Shown: positions 8,990-19,110, counted from the first letter of the stretch. The stretch: 38,126 bases of DNA from Rhodospirillaceae bacterium (GCA_016937315.1 JAFGWD010000285.1:1-38126), one strand, 5' to 3'. Translations and numbers: made by a program. Notes: generated from the letters alone by a model not told the origin.

Positions 8990-10045
8990 CTACACAACGG
9001 ATTCGGGCGGCGGCACCGACGATGCCAGCCCCGCAATATGATCGAGGTGAAGCTGAACACGTAGAGCATCCTTAAACGACGGACACATGTCGCGACCTGT
9101 TTGAATGCTATCAATAAAACGATGAACCATTTGACTTACCGGAGAAATCCTAGGGTCGGTTCCAACATCTGCCCCCAGATCAACAGAGGGTACCGTGATA
9201 TCTTCACTCTTAGCCGCATCATAACACTGCACACGAAGACGGAAGGTTAAATAGCCGCCCGCATCATTGACCAAGGATAAAACACCATTCTCTCCGTAGA
9301 AGTCAATTCGATGCCCGGTTCCAAACGGAGCTGCAGAGCACAGGACAACCGCACAGGAAACCTTGGACTGGAAATCAACCGACAACGTGGCCAACGTATC
9401 AGCGAAAGAATGATACCCTGGACACTGGGCAAGGCCTCCCCGGATGGAAGCTATAGGGCCACAGAACCATTCCAGATAATGAAGGGTATGTGAGCCAAAG
9501 TGCGACATCACACCACCGCCAAGGCGGGCATCCGTCTTCCACGAAACGACGCGACGCTGATTGTCAAAGCTCTCGCTCACCCAATTAACAACCACATGGC
9601 GCAACGCCCCGATGACCCCAGACAAAAGCAGACGCCGGGCTTCCTTCCACGCCGCCAACTCGGGAAAAATAAAGTCCATGGCCGTCGGAACACCCATATC
9701 CCGCGCCATAGCTGCCAACCTGGAAGCAGAAGCGAGATTGGAGCCAAGCGGCTTTTCTGCAAAAACTGGAATGCGGCGTTCCAAACAGGCCATAGCAATG
9801 GCTTCTTGCTCTTGCGGCGGCACAGCAATGGCAGCCACATCAAAATCGATCCGCTCCAGCACCTCATCCAGCGACGCACAGGTTGTGGGGATGCCATACT
9901 TCTGTGCAGCAGCATCACGTCGGGTTGCCGTCGGCGCACACAGTGCAACGACCGTTGCACGGGAATCTCGTTGAAAGGCCGGGGTCAAACAGTACGCACC
10001 AAATCCAGCGCCAAAAACCACAACCCGCACCGAAGATTTAGGCAT
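8990..10045 (-). CDS. Gfo/Idh/MocA-family oxidoreductase
   Basis: VFGAGFG, IAVPP, FAEKPL, GGGVMSHFGSHTLH. Start is 10045 or 10057 and overlaps the GT2 stop. Confidence 0.88.
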   Translation of the reverse strand: MPKSSVRVVVFGAGFGAYCLTPAFQRDSRATVVALCAPTATRRDAAAQKYGIPTTCASLDEVLERIDFDVAAIAVPPQEQEAIAMACLERRIPVFAEKPLGSNLASASRLAAMARDMGVPTAMDFIFPELAAWKEARRLLLSGVIGALRHVVVNWVSESFDNQRRVVSWKTDARLGGGVMSHFGSHTLHYLEWFCGPIASIRGGLAQCPGYHSFADTLATLSVDFQSKVSCAVVLCSAAPFGTGHRIDFYGENGVLSLVNDAGGYLTFRLRVQCYDAAKSEDITVPSVDLGADVGTDPRISPVSQMVHRFIDSIQTGRDMCPSFKDALRVQLHLDHIAGLASSVPPPESVV

Positions 10046-11021
10046 TGCCGTGGACATCCTTGGTCGCCGTTTTCTGATCATCAAAGTTTATGCGCTTAGC
10101 TTCCACCACCAAAGAGCCAAAACGGACCTGCCCGTGTGTGGAAACAATGTATTCACCCAAAATCCCTAAGAACAGAAACTGCACCCCTGAAAAGAAAAAG
10201 AACGCAACAATCAGGGTTGCAACCCCTGGCGGAACCGCCGAATCTCGATTAAAGGCCAACAGCAAAAAATTCACCAATGCATATAATAGGCTGGAGATCG
10301 ATAGCGTGATGCCAATCCCAGTCAACACTCGGATTGGTGCTGTGGTAAATGTCAGCAGGCCATTAAGTGCAATATCCACCAAAGTAAAGAACCGATTCTT
10401 GGAGAAACCACGTTTGCGGGCGCGCAATGTGTACGGCACGCTATAGGGTTTAAATCCACAATACGCAATCATACCGCGTATGTACGGGTAGTGGTCATTG
10501 AATGACACCACGGCTTGTTGCACCTTGCGATCAATGAGCTGGAACTCACCCACATCCACAGGAATGTCGATGTTCGACATCAACTTGACCGCCCGATAAA
10601 ACAGCTTGCGCGTAGTCCGGAAGATAAACCCTTCCTCGCGGTTGGATCTCACCCCCTGTACTACCATGTGCCCCTGTTCCCACAGGCGCACAAACTCCGC
10701 AATGAGTTCCGGCGGATCCTGCAGATCAACCGCCATCATAACCAACGTCGCATCACCACTTGCCGACTTCAGAGCATTATAGACCGAACGCAAGGGACCA
10801 ACGTTACGGGCGTTAACGATGACACGAACATGTGGATCAGCCGCAGCAAGATCGGCGAGGATCTGTGGCGTATCATCGGTTGAAGCATTATCGGCAAAGA
10901 TGTGCTCACACTCGTAGTCCGGTAACGCCTGCTCAAAAACCTCCTTGACGGCTTGGTAGCAAATTCGGGCGTTCTCGCCCTCATTATAACAAGGAGAAAT
11001 GACGGTTACACGCCCTTTCAT
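10038..11021 (-). CDS. GT2 polyprenyl-phosphate glycosyltransferase (GtrB/ArnC/DPM1-like)
   Basis: SPCYNEGEN, ADNASTDDT, AVDLQDPPE, DVGEFQLIDR, and two C-terminal TM helices ending FLGILGEYI. Confidence 0.9.
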   Translation of the reverse strand: MKGRVTVISPCYNEGENARICYQAVKEVFEQALPDYECEHIFADNASTDDTPQILADLAAADPHVRVIVNARNVGPLRSVYNALKSASGDATLVMMAVDLQDPPELIAEFVRLWEQGHMVVQGVRSNREEGFIFRTTRKLFYRAVKLMSNIDIPVDVGEFQLIDRKVQQAVVSFNDHYPYIRGMIAYCGFKPYSVPYTLRARKRGFSKNRFFTLVDIALNGLLTFTTAPIRVLTGIGITLSISSLLYALVNFLLLAFNRDSAVPPGVATLIVAFFFFSGVQFLFLGILGEYIVSTHGQVRFGSLVVEAKRINFDDQKTATKDVHGNA

Positions 11022-11566
11022 TTACCACCCCCCTATAGAAAATAGAAATAAAATGCCACAAAGCGCCGACAAAACAACGCCATGCCGCATTCACATTAAT
11101 GCCTGTGAGCGTTCCTTGACGAAGGCCACCATCAATGCCCAATCAGCTCCGCCGCAGCAAATCCTTGATCATAGCTTTCAACCCAAGCACCTGAAGAAAT
11201 TTAGCAATACGCTTCGACACCACCGGACACAAGCATGAAGTAGATAGCACATTCTCTTGGCTTCAGTAGCCCAGAGAAGCTCCAACTGTTTTTTTTATCC
11301 GGGAAAAAATCAGATGCCACAGGTGGAGATAAACGGCCCTGCGTGCTGTGCCCCCAAGGCTCATCCAGCGGAGACTGGAGCCCCAACTGAGTTGAAGAGC
11401 CCCCGCCAAATCGGACCGAAAACAGAGGTGGTCGGGTTTGTTTGGACAGGAAACGTCTCTGGCTAAGTGGATCGTCTGCCAGTTGTCTTTCCAATGTGCC
11501 AGCTTTCAACGTCATGTAGGAAGGCCGTAGGCCGCCCGGAGTGATGTTGAAAACCGGCGGTGACTG

Positions 11567-12196
11567 TCATGCCGCGGTCGCCCGCGGCAGGTTATCGAAG
11601 TAGGCCCGATCCGGTGTTTTCCGGTCAAGGCTCGAGTGCGGTCGCCGATGATTGTAGAAGTCAAGGTATCGACCGATCGAGGCGCGGGCCTCGCTGACAC
11701 TCTGGTAAGCCTTGAGATAGACCTCCTCATATTTGACCGTGCGCCAGATCCGTTCGACGAACACGTTGTCGCGCCATGAGCCCTTGCCGTCCATGCTGAT
11801 GGCGATGCCATTGTCCCGCAACAGGCTGGTAAAGGCGATGCTGGTAAACTGGCTGCCCTGGTCGGTGTTGAAGATCTCCGGCTTGCCATGCTTCGCCAGG
11901 GCTTCCTCGACCGCTTCAAGGCCGAACGCGGTTTCCATGGTGATCGACACCCGCCAAGCCAGCACCCGCCGACTAAACCAGTCGACGACCGCAGCCAGAT
12001 AGACGAAGCCGCGTGCCATTGGGATGTAGGTTATGTCCATCGCCCACACCTGGTTCGGTCGACTGACCGTCAGACCGCGCAGCAGGTACGGGTGGATCTT
12101 GTGCCCCGGCATCGGCTTCGAGGTGTTCGGTCGGCGATAAAGCGCTTCGATATTCATCCGCTTCATCAGCCGGGTCACCCGATCTCGATGCCCTCA
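11567..12196 (-). pseudogene. IS3-family transposase OrfB, C-terminal DDE/rve part only (5' truncated, small frameshifting deletion near 12178)
   Basis: WAMDITY, VVDWFSR, NTDQGSQF, DNVFVERIWRTVKYE, YNHRRPHSSL. The upstream EGIEIG is out of frame with VTRLMKRM. Confidence 0.88.
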
Positions 12197-12197
12197 C

Positions 12198-12308
12198 TGA
12201 ACCGCGCCGGGATTGCCGGAGGCAGATTGGTTTGAGTTAGGCGGCCATGGATGGATTGTCCAGCATGGCGTAGTAGCGCGCCTCGGCCTCGGCGGGCGGA
12301 ATGTTGCC
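12198..12308 (-). mobile_element. 3' terminal remnant of a second IS3-family element (element B)
   Basis: Encodes GNIPPAEAEARYYAMLDNPSMAA*, a typical IS3 OrfB tail, followed by a terminal IR ending in ...CCGGCAATCCCGGCGCGGTTCA (TGAACC at 12198 on +). Confidence 0.8.
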
Positions 12309-12377
12309 TTTGATGGCGGCCAAAGCAACCTTTGCCTTGAAGCCCGGGGTGTGGTTCCGCCGCGGTCGTCTTGCCAT
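12237..12377 (-). pseudogene. Chimeric 46-aa ORF: IS3 element A OrfA N-terminus fused to element B OrfB tail
   Basis: MARRPRRNHTPGFKAKVALAAIKG|NIPPAEAEARYYAMLDNPSMAA*; AGGAG RBS upstream; junction at GGC 12306-12308. Confidence 0.75.
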
Positions 12378-12464
12378 GTTCTCTTCTCCTGATCCGCGGC
12401 ATCCTCGCCGCTCTCAGGCAGAAAATCCACCTAACATGCTGTCCGAATTATCCAGGCCAGCTCT

Positions 12465-13074
12465 CGGTCCTGCCAAGACGATTTACAACCGCTTCATCCG
12501 CTGGAGCCGCATGGGCGTGTTCAACAAGATTTTCGCAGGCTTGGCGGCGAAGGGTGGCAAACCCGATCAGTTGATGATCGACGCGATCCACCTGAAGGCG
12601 CATCGGACGGCAGCCAGCTTGCTCAAAAAGGGGCTGTTCCCCGACGTATCGGACGCACCAAAGGAGGCCTGAACTCCAAGCTGCACGCGGTTTGTGATGG
12701 TAGGGGCAGGCCGCTCATCATGCTCCTGAGCGAAGGCCAGATGAGCGACTTTAAGGGTGCTGCACTGATGATTGAGGCCTTTCCGAAGGCCAAAGTCCTG
12801 CTCGGAGACAAAGGCTATGATGCCGACTGGTTTCGCAGTGCCCTGGCGAAACGCGGCATTGCCGCCTGCATCCCGTCAAAGGCAAACCGCAAAGTCCATA
12901 TCCCGCATGATGCCGTGCTCTACCGCCAGCGGCACAAGGTCGAAAACATGTTCGGAAAGCTCAAAGATTGGCGACGCATCCACACACGCTATAATCGATG
13001 TGCTCACACCTTTATGTCCGCAATCTGCATCGCTGCAACCGTCATCTTCTGGATCAATCAATGAGTCCTGAGCC
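12465..13074 (+). mobile_element. 5'-truncated IS5-family (IS427 group) element with two-ORF frameshift transposase
   Basis: GPAKTIYNRFIRWS...IDAIHLKAHRTA...KKG (to 12672); slippery AAAAAGGGG at 12625-12633; OrfB GRTKGGLNSKLH...GDKGYD...RHKVENMFGKLKDWRRIHTRY (stop 13064); right end TGAGTCCTGAGCC followed by TAG, forming CTAG. Confidence 0.88.
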
Positions 13075-13321
13075 TAGTTGAGTATTGGTTCCACCAGAAC
13101 CGCCTTTCGTCGCACGTTCTATCTTCCATCACCATCCACCGCCGAACTTCCGGCATCTCCAGACAGGCCACCATACAGGCCCTTCTGCGTGCAGAACATC
13201 GCGCTCGCCCCCCCTTCAAGTCGAGGCCATTCATGTTGACTTTATCATTCACATGGTGAACAATCCCCCCCTTCACGCTACTGACAAGGCAGGGGGAAAT
13301 CCTTCACCCGGCCTGCGGTAG

Positions 13322-14398
<1,077 letters not shown>

Positions 14399-14402
14399 AT
14401 TC

Positions 14403-15605
14403 ATGTCCACGCCATCGTTCCTGCCCTATGGCCGCCACCAAATTGACGAGGATGATATCGCCGCTGTCGCTGCGGTCTTGCGTTCGAATTCCCTAACCGG
14501 AGGACCTCTGGTTTCCCAATTCGAAACCGCATTTGCACATCGCCTCACCGCCCCCTATGCGGTGTCCTGCGCCAACGGTACCGCAGCACTACACCTCGCC
14601 GCCATGGCTCTGGGCCTTGGTCCCGGCGACATCGCCATCGTACCCAGCCTCACCTTTCTCGCGACAGCCAGCGCCCCGTTTTACGTTGGTGCCGATGTGG
14701 TCTTCGCCGACGTCGACCCAGACACCGGACTGATGACAACGAAATCCCTGGAAGACGCCATTGTTCGCGCCCAAGGACGTGCGAAAGCCGTATTCCCGGT
14801 TCACCTGAATGGTGGCTGCGTTGACTTAACGGCAATTTCTAACATTGCGACGAAGCACGGCCTCGCCATCGTGGACGACGCCTGTCATGCCGTGGGCGCA
14901 AGCATGAACGGGCAAGCCATCGGCAATGGAGAAAATACCGACATGTCGGTATTTTCTCTACACCCGGTCAAGACCATCGCTATGGGCGAGGGCGGCGTCA
15001 TCACCACCGCCAGCCCCATCCTTGCCGAGAGACTGGCGCGTTTCCGCAACCACGGCATGGTCCGTGATCCTGCGTTGTTTACACAGACAGATGAGGCCTT
15101 TGACGCCAACGGACAGCCCAATCCCTGGTACTATGAAATGCTGGAGCCAGGCTTCAACTACCGCGCCAGTGAAATCCATTGCGCACTCGGTCTAAGTCAA
15201 CTTGGAAAACTGGATGCCTTTCTGGCTCGACGCCGTGAACTCGCCGGACTTTACGATCAGGCGCTGGCTCATCTAGGCCCCCTTCTGCGCCCCATTCCCC
15301 GTGTTCAGGGCTGCAACGGCGGCTGGCACCTCTACCCCGTACTGATAGACTTTGCTGCAGCAAATTTATCTCGAGCCGATTTGATGGCCGCACTACACAA
15401 CGCAAACATTGGCACTCAGGTGCACTATCTGCCGGTTCACCGCCAACCTTTCTGGCGGTCACGCCAACCTGACCTGCATCTGCCGGGCGCCGACGCCTAC
15501 TATGCACGCTGCCTCTCCCTTCCCCTGTTCCCCGCAATGACTGACGCAGACATCAACCATGTGGCAACAATTCTTACATCCTTGATCGGGCAGAGGCCCC
15601 AATGA
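14403..15605 (+). CDS. pseC: UDP-4-amino-4,6-dideoxy-N-acetyl-beta-L-altrosamine transaminase, PseC/FlmB
   Basis: LPYGRHQIDEDD, DDACHA, FSLHPVKTIAMGEGG, WYYEMLEPGFNYR, QVHYLPVH, LSLPLFP; follows pseB. Confidence 0.93.
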   Translation: MSTPSFLPYGRHQIDEDDIAAVAAVLRSNSLTGGPLVSQFETAFAHRLTAPYAVSCANGTAALHLAAMALGLGPGDIAIVPSLTFLATASAPFYVGADVVFADVDPDTGLMTTKSLEDAIVRAQGRAKAVFPVHLNGGCVDLTAISNIATKHGLAIVDDACHAVGASMNGQAIGNGENTDMSVFSLHPVKTIAMGEGGVITTASPILAERLARFRNHGMVRDPALFTQTDEAFDANGQPNPWYYEMLEPGFNYRASEIHCALGLSQLGKLDAFLARRRELAGLYDQALAHLGPLLRPIPRVQGCNGGWHLYPVLIDFAAANLSRADLMAALHNANIGTQVHYLPVHRQPFWRSRQPDLHLPGADAYYARCLSLPLFPAMTDADINHVATILTSLIGQRPQ

Positions 15606-16495
15606 ACGTCTTATCACGCATTGGGCTTGGCTCTGCACAGTGGGGGGCGAAATACGGGATTACCAACGCAACGGGCCGCCCAACAGACACGACGATTAGC
15701 TCTATGCTCAAAGTCGCCACATCTGCGGGTATAGACCTGATCGACACGGCCCAGGCCTACGGCGACGCAGAGCAAACCATCGGACGCCTGCTGCCGAGTC
15801 ATCCCGGCTTTCACATCGTAACAAAGATCAGCCCCAAGAGCGGCCAGCCCACTAACAACGTCACAGATGAAACATCTGCAGTCATCCGTCGCTCTATAGA
15901 GAATATGAATGATCAGCGGCCATATGGCATTCTTTTGCACAACACATCAGAATTGCTTGGCCCTGACGGCCCCCCACTATGGACATCCTTGTGCGAACAG
16001 CGCGATTCCGGCTGCGTGCAGAAAATTGGGATATCCGTCTATTCACCGGAAGAGTTAGACGCTGTACTCTCTGATTTCTCTCCGGATTTAGTACAGTTAC
16101 CATACAACGTATACGATCAACGTTTTGCCCGATCAGGCCTTTTAGACACCCTAAGATCACGTAGAATTGAGGTTCACGCCCGGAGCGCCTTCCTTCAAGG
16201 CCTGCTGTTATTGCCTGTGGAGAATCTCCCACCCTATTTTTCTGATTTGACGCCTCACCATAAACGCTACACAGATCACATCGCATCCCTCGGGCTTACT
16301 CCTGTGCAAGCTGCTCTCATTTTTTGCCTCAAAGACCTCAGAATAGACCGGGTCATTGTCGGCTGTGAAACACTGCCTCAACTTCAAGACATAATCAGTA
16401 GTGTTGAGTCCTTACGTGATGAATACACTTGGAATTTCGATATCTTCAACATCGATGACCTGAGATTTATTCTGCCCACACTCTGGAAACACTAA
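15602..16495 (+). CDS. Aldo/keto reductase family oxidoreductase
   Basis: IGLGSAQWG, IDTAQAYGDAE, IVTK, LLH, KIGISVY, QLPYN, ARSAFLQG; ATGA overlap with pseC. Confidence 0.9.
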   Translation: MNVLSRIGLGSAQWGAKYGITNATGRPTDTTISSMLKVATSAGIDLIDTAQAYGDAEQTIGRLLPSHPGFHIVTKISPKSGQPTNNVTDETSAVIRRSIENMNDQRPYGILLHNTSELLGPDGPPLWTSLCEQRDSGCVQKIGISVYSPEELDAVLSDFSPDLVQLPYNVYDQRFARSGLLDTLRSRRIEVHARSAFLQGLLLLPVENLPPYFSDLTPHHKRYTDHIASLGLTPVQAALIFCLKDLRIDRVIVGCETLPQLQDIISSVESLRDEYTWNFDIFNIDDLRFILPTLWKH

Positions 16496-16516
16496 GTTCC
16501 TCAACAGACCGTAAGG

Positions 16517-17731
16517 ATGCCGAAAATGGAAGAAACTCGCCAAGGAACGGGGACCCCCCATATGGCTGCTGCAAATCTTAGACATTGCGTGCGCTGCGGC
16601 TTACCTGAAACTTACGAGACGATTGAATTTGATGCAAATGGTGTCTGCAATATTTGCAATCAACGTAAATTCAAAGAAGAGAAAATCGACTGGTCTTCCC
16701 GCAAAGAAATGTTTGATGACGTCATCGAGCAATATAGAGGAAAAGGGGAGTACGACTGTATCGTCCCATTCTCGGGCGGGAAGGACTCTACGTTCACCCT
16801 CTACCACCTCATAACGGAATACAAGGTCAAGCCACTGGTTATACAATTTGACCATGGGTTCATGCGCCAAACATTGCGCGAAAACAATCAACGCACATTC
16901 AAGAAGCTTGGGGTTGATGTTCTTAGCTTCACGCCTAACTGGCATGTTGTTAAACGGCTGATGAAAGAGGCTTTAATCCGCAAAGGCGACTTCTGCTGGC
17001 ACTGCCATACAGGAATCTTCTCTTACCCCATGCAGATCGCGATAAAGTACAGCACTCCCTTAGTGATTTGGGGCGAGCCATCTTCTGAATACACTGCCTA
17101 CTTCGACTATCGCGATGATGAAATTGAGGAAGTTGATGAAACTCGCTTTAACAGATTCGTCAACCTCGGAATCACGGCAGAAGACATGAAGGGCATGATC
17201 GAAAACGATTTCGACCTTGACCCACGAGATCTAACCCCCTTCACCTACCCAGAGTTACGAGATCTTAAACGACTACGTTACCGCTCCATCTGCCTTGGGT
17301 CGTTCATTCCATGGGACGTTCGCAAACAATCTCAACTGATTATGGATAAGCTTGGCTGGAAAGGCGACGATGTTGAAGGCATGCCTCCCGGTGAAATCTA
17401 TAGCTATGAAAAGATTGAATGCGCCATGCAAGGCGTCAGGGATTACATCAAATTCCTGAAGCGAGGCTATGGACGTGTTACGCAGATGACCGCCCTCGAC
17501 ATAAGAAGCGGGCACATGACCAAAGAGCAGGCAGACAAGCTCATTTGTGCTTATGAAGGGAAGAAGCCACCTTCTCTAGAGATCTTCCTTGAATACCTTC
17601 AAATGAGTGAAGCGGAATTCAACGAAATCGTGGAGAAGACCGTTGTCCCACCGTTTAGACCGGATTTTAGCTGCAAAGACTGCGCAAAAAAGACCCACGA
17701 CTTCCATACGTGGTATCGCGAAACAAAATGA
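16517..17731 (+). CDS. N-acetyl sugar amidotransferase (WbuX/WbpG/PseA family, PP-loop ATPase)
   Basis: CVRC...CNIC, PP-loop SGGKDS, GDFCWHCH, WGE, DYIKFLKRGYGR; followed by a HisH/HisF-like pair. Start may be 16562. Confidence 0.88.
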   Translation: MPKMEETRQGTGTPHMAAANLRHCVRCGLPETYETIEFDANGVCNICNQRKFKEEKIDWSSRKEMFDDVIEQYRGKGEYDCIVPFSGGKDSTFTLYHLITEYKVKPLVIQFDHGFMRQTLRENNQRTFKKLGVDVLSFTPNWHVVKRLMKEALIRKGDFCWHCHTGIFSYPMQIAIKYSTPLVIWGEPSSEYTAYFDYRDDEIEEVDETRFNRFVNLGITAEDMKGMIENDFDLDPRDLTPFTYPELRDLKRLRYRSICLGSFIPWDVRKQSQLIMDKLGWKGDDVEGMPPGEIYSYEKIECAMQGVRDYIKFLKRGYGRVTQMTALDIRSGHMTKEQADKLICAYEGKKPPSLEIFLEYLQMSEAEFNEIVEKTVVPPFRPDFSCKDCAKKTHDFHTWYRETK

Positions 17732-18348
17732 AGACTATCGGCATTATTGATACGGGTATAGGTAATCTCGGCTCCCTGTCTGGGGCCCTTGAGGGGTTGG
17801 GGTTTGACCCGCTTCTACTCAAAGATGCCTCAATGATAGATGACTGTGAGAACCTGATACTACCTGGTGTAGGTGCCTTTGCTCATAGCATTCTAGCTCT
17901 TGATGCCTCGGGCTTCCGCCAGCCCCTTTTAGATTACGCCAAAGCTGGGCGACCCTTGTTAGGTATATGCCTTGGCATGCAGATTCTTTTCTCGGAAGGC
18001 GATGAAGGTGGTTCCTCCGCAGGATTAGGCCTGATTCCAGGCCGCATTCGCCACCTGAGTCAAGACAATGGTTTCCCCCTGCCGCATATCGGCTGGAATA
18101 CCGTTAACTTTACGCAAAAGCACGAGATTCTATGCGGAATAAAATCTGATATCGACTTCTATTTTGTGCACAGTTATTGCGCCGAATGCGAAGACAGCCA
18201 CGTCCTCGCCACAACCGAATACAGCGAAACATTCCCCTCCATCGTTTTCCATAGCTCGGTCATTGGAGCACAATTCCACCCCGAGAAAAGTCAGCGCAGC
18301 GGTCTAAAATTACTGGAGAACTTCTGCTGGTGGAATGGCACATGCTGA
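17728..18348 (+). CDS. HisH-like class I glutamine amidotransferase (WbuY-type ammonia donor)
   Basis: GNLGS, LPGVGAF, GICLGMQ (Cys nucleophile), PHIGWN, YFVHSY, QFHPEKS; ATGA overlap. Confidence 0.92.
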   Translation: MKTIGIIDTGIGNLGSLSGALEGLGFDPLLLKDASMIDDCENLILPGVGAFAHSILALDASGFRQPLLDYAKAGRPLLGICLGMQILFSEGDEGGSSAGLGLIPGRIRHLSQDNGFPLPHIGWNTVNFTQKHEILCGIKSDIDFYFVHSYCAECEDSHVLATTEYSETFPSIVFHSSVIGAQFHPEKSQRSGLKLLENFCWWNGTC

Positions 18349-19097
18349 AACGACGCATTATTCCAGTCGAGCTTCTCCTGAACGATAGGCTTGTAAAGAC
18401 AGTCGCGTTTGGTAAACACCGCGACGTCGGCGACCCTCTTAAAAGCTCACAAGTCTACTACAACCAAGACGCAGACGAATTAATTTTGCTGAATATTGGA
18501 CGCAACCAACGCTCTCCCAGAGATACAGCAAACCACCTACGAAACATTGCAAAAAAATGCTTCATGCCAATCACTGTTGGTGGCGGCATTACCTCTATCG
18601 AAGATGCCTCAATGCTCTTCAATGCCGGGGCTGATAAGGTGGTTATTAACAGCGCAGGATACGATCAGAAGAGCCTTCTAGAACAAATTACAGAGCGTTA
18701 TGGCAGTCAGGCCTTGGTCGTATCGATCGACGTGCGAAATACAGGAAATAGTCCCACTCTGTTTTCTGACTGTGGCCGATGCCCAAAAGCAGTTTCCCTT
18801 ACTGACCATATCAAGCAGGTTATTGACTGTGGCGCGGGAGAGATATTTCTTAATGCGATTGATCGCGACGGCATCATGGGGGGGTATGACCTCGACCTGT
18901 TGGACAAAGCACGTAAAGCCTGTCGTGTCCCACTCATCATCTGTGGCGGCGCAGGCCATTACTTGCATATGCGAGAAGCCTTTAATGCGGGTGCTGCCGC
19001 GGTAGCCTGTGGCAGCTTGTTTAATTTTGGCGACAATAACCCCTTGCGCGCAAAAGCCTTCTTGAAAAACTACAATATTCCCCTGAAGCGCACATAA
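18342..19097 (+). CDS. HisF-like TIM-barrel subunit (WbuZ/HisF2-type)
   Basis: MLKRRIIP, VGDP, ADELI, PITVGGGI, GADKVVINS, GAGEI, IDRDG, CGGAG. Lacks the N-terminal catalytic Asp of true HisF (IIPVELLL). Confidence 0.9.
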   Translation: MLKRRIIPVELLLNDRLVKTVAFGKHRDVGDPLKSSQVYYNQDADELILLNIGRNQRSPRDTANHLRNIAKKCFMPITVGGGITSIEDASMLFNAGADKVVINSAGYDQKSLLEQITERYGSQALVVSIDVRNTGNSPTLFSDCGRCPKAVSLTDHIKQVIDCGAGEIFLNAIDRDGIMGGYDLDLLDKARKACRVPLIICGGAGHYLHMREAFNAGAAAVACGSLFNFGDNNPLRAKAFLKNYNIPLKRT

Positions 19098-19110
19098 CAG
19101 ACAAAAAACA

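Larger units (their letters stand above)
11424..12464 (-). mobile_element. Degenerate IS3-family element (element A), internally deleted and carrying the 3' end of a second IS3
   Basis: Imperfect terminal IRs: AGAGGTGGTCGGGTTTGTTTGGACAG (11424-11449) vs reverse complement of CTGTCCGAATTATCCAGGCCAGCTCT (12439-12464), 19/26 identical. Contains the orfA start and the rve core. Confidence 0.85.

Noticed and set aside
9500-10099. 199-aa + ORF and the many other 60-200 aa alternative-frame ORFs in the track (e.g. 2093-2647, 34119-34709, 37799-38071)
   Set aside because: They overlap well-supported genes and show no motifs or RBS.
11040-11060. Sigma-54 promoter upstream of the GT2 gene (- strand TGGCATTTTATTTCT)
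   Set aside because: The required GC at -12 is missing.
12301-12672. 123-aa ORF as an intact IS5 OrfA
   Set aside because: Its first ~54 codons are the antisense of the IS3 left end; only the part from 12465 is IS5-derived.
13264-13298. Imperfect hairpin (TCCCCC-CCTT...AAGG-CA-GGGGGA) upstream of pseB as a terminator or riboswitch
   Set aside because: Bulged, low-complexity stem, no U tract on the + strand and no recognisable aptamer.
17728-19097. Housekeeping hisH/hisF
   Set aside because: No other his genes nearby, the HisF catalytic Asp is absent, and they follow a WbuX-type gene; they are glycan-pathway paralogues.
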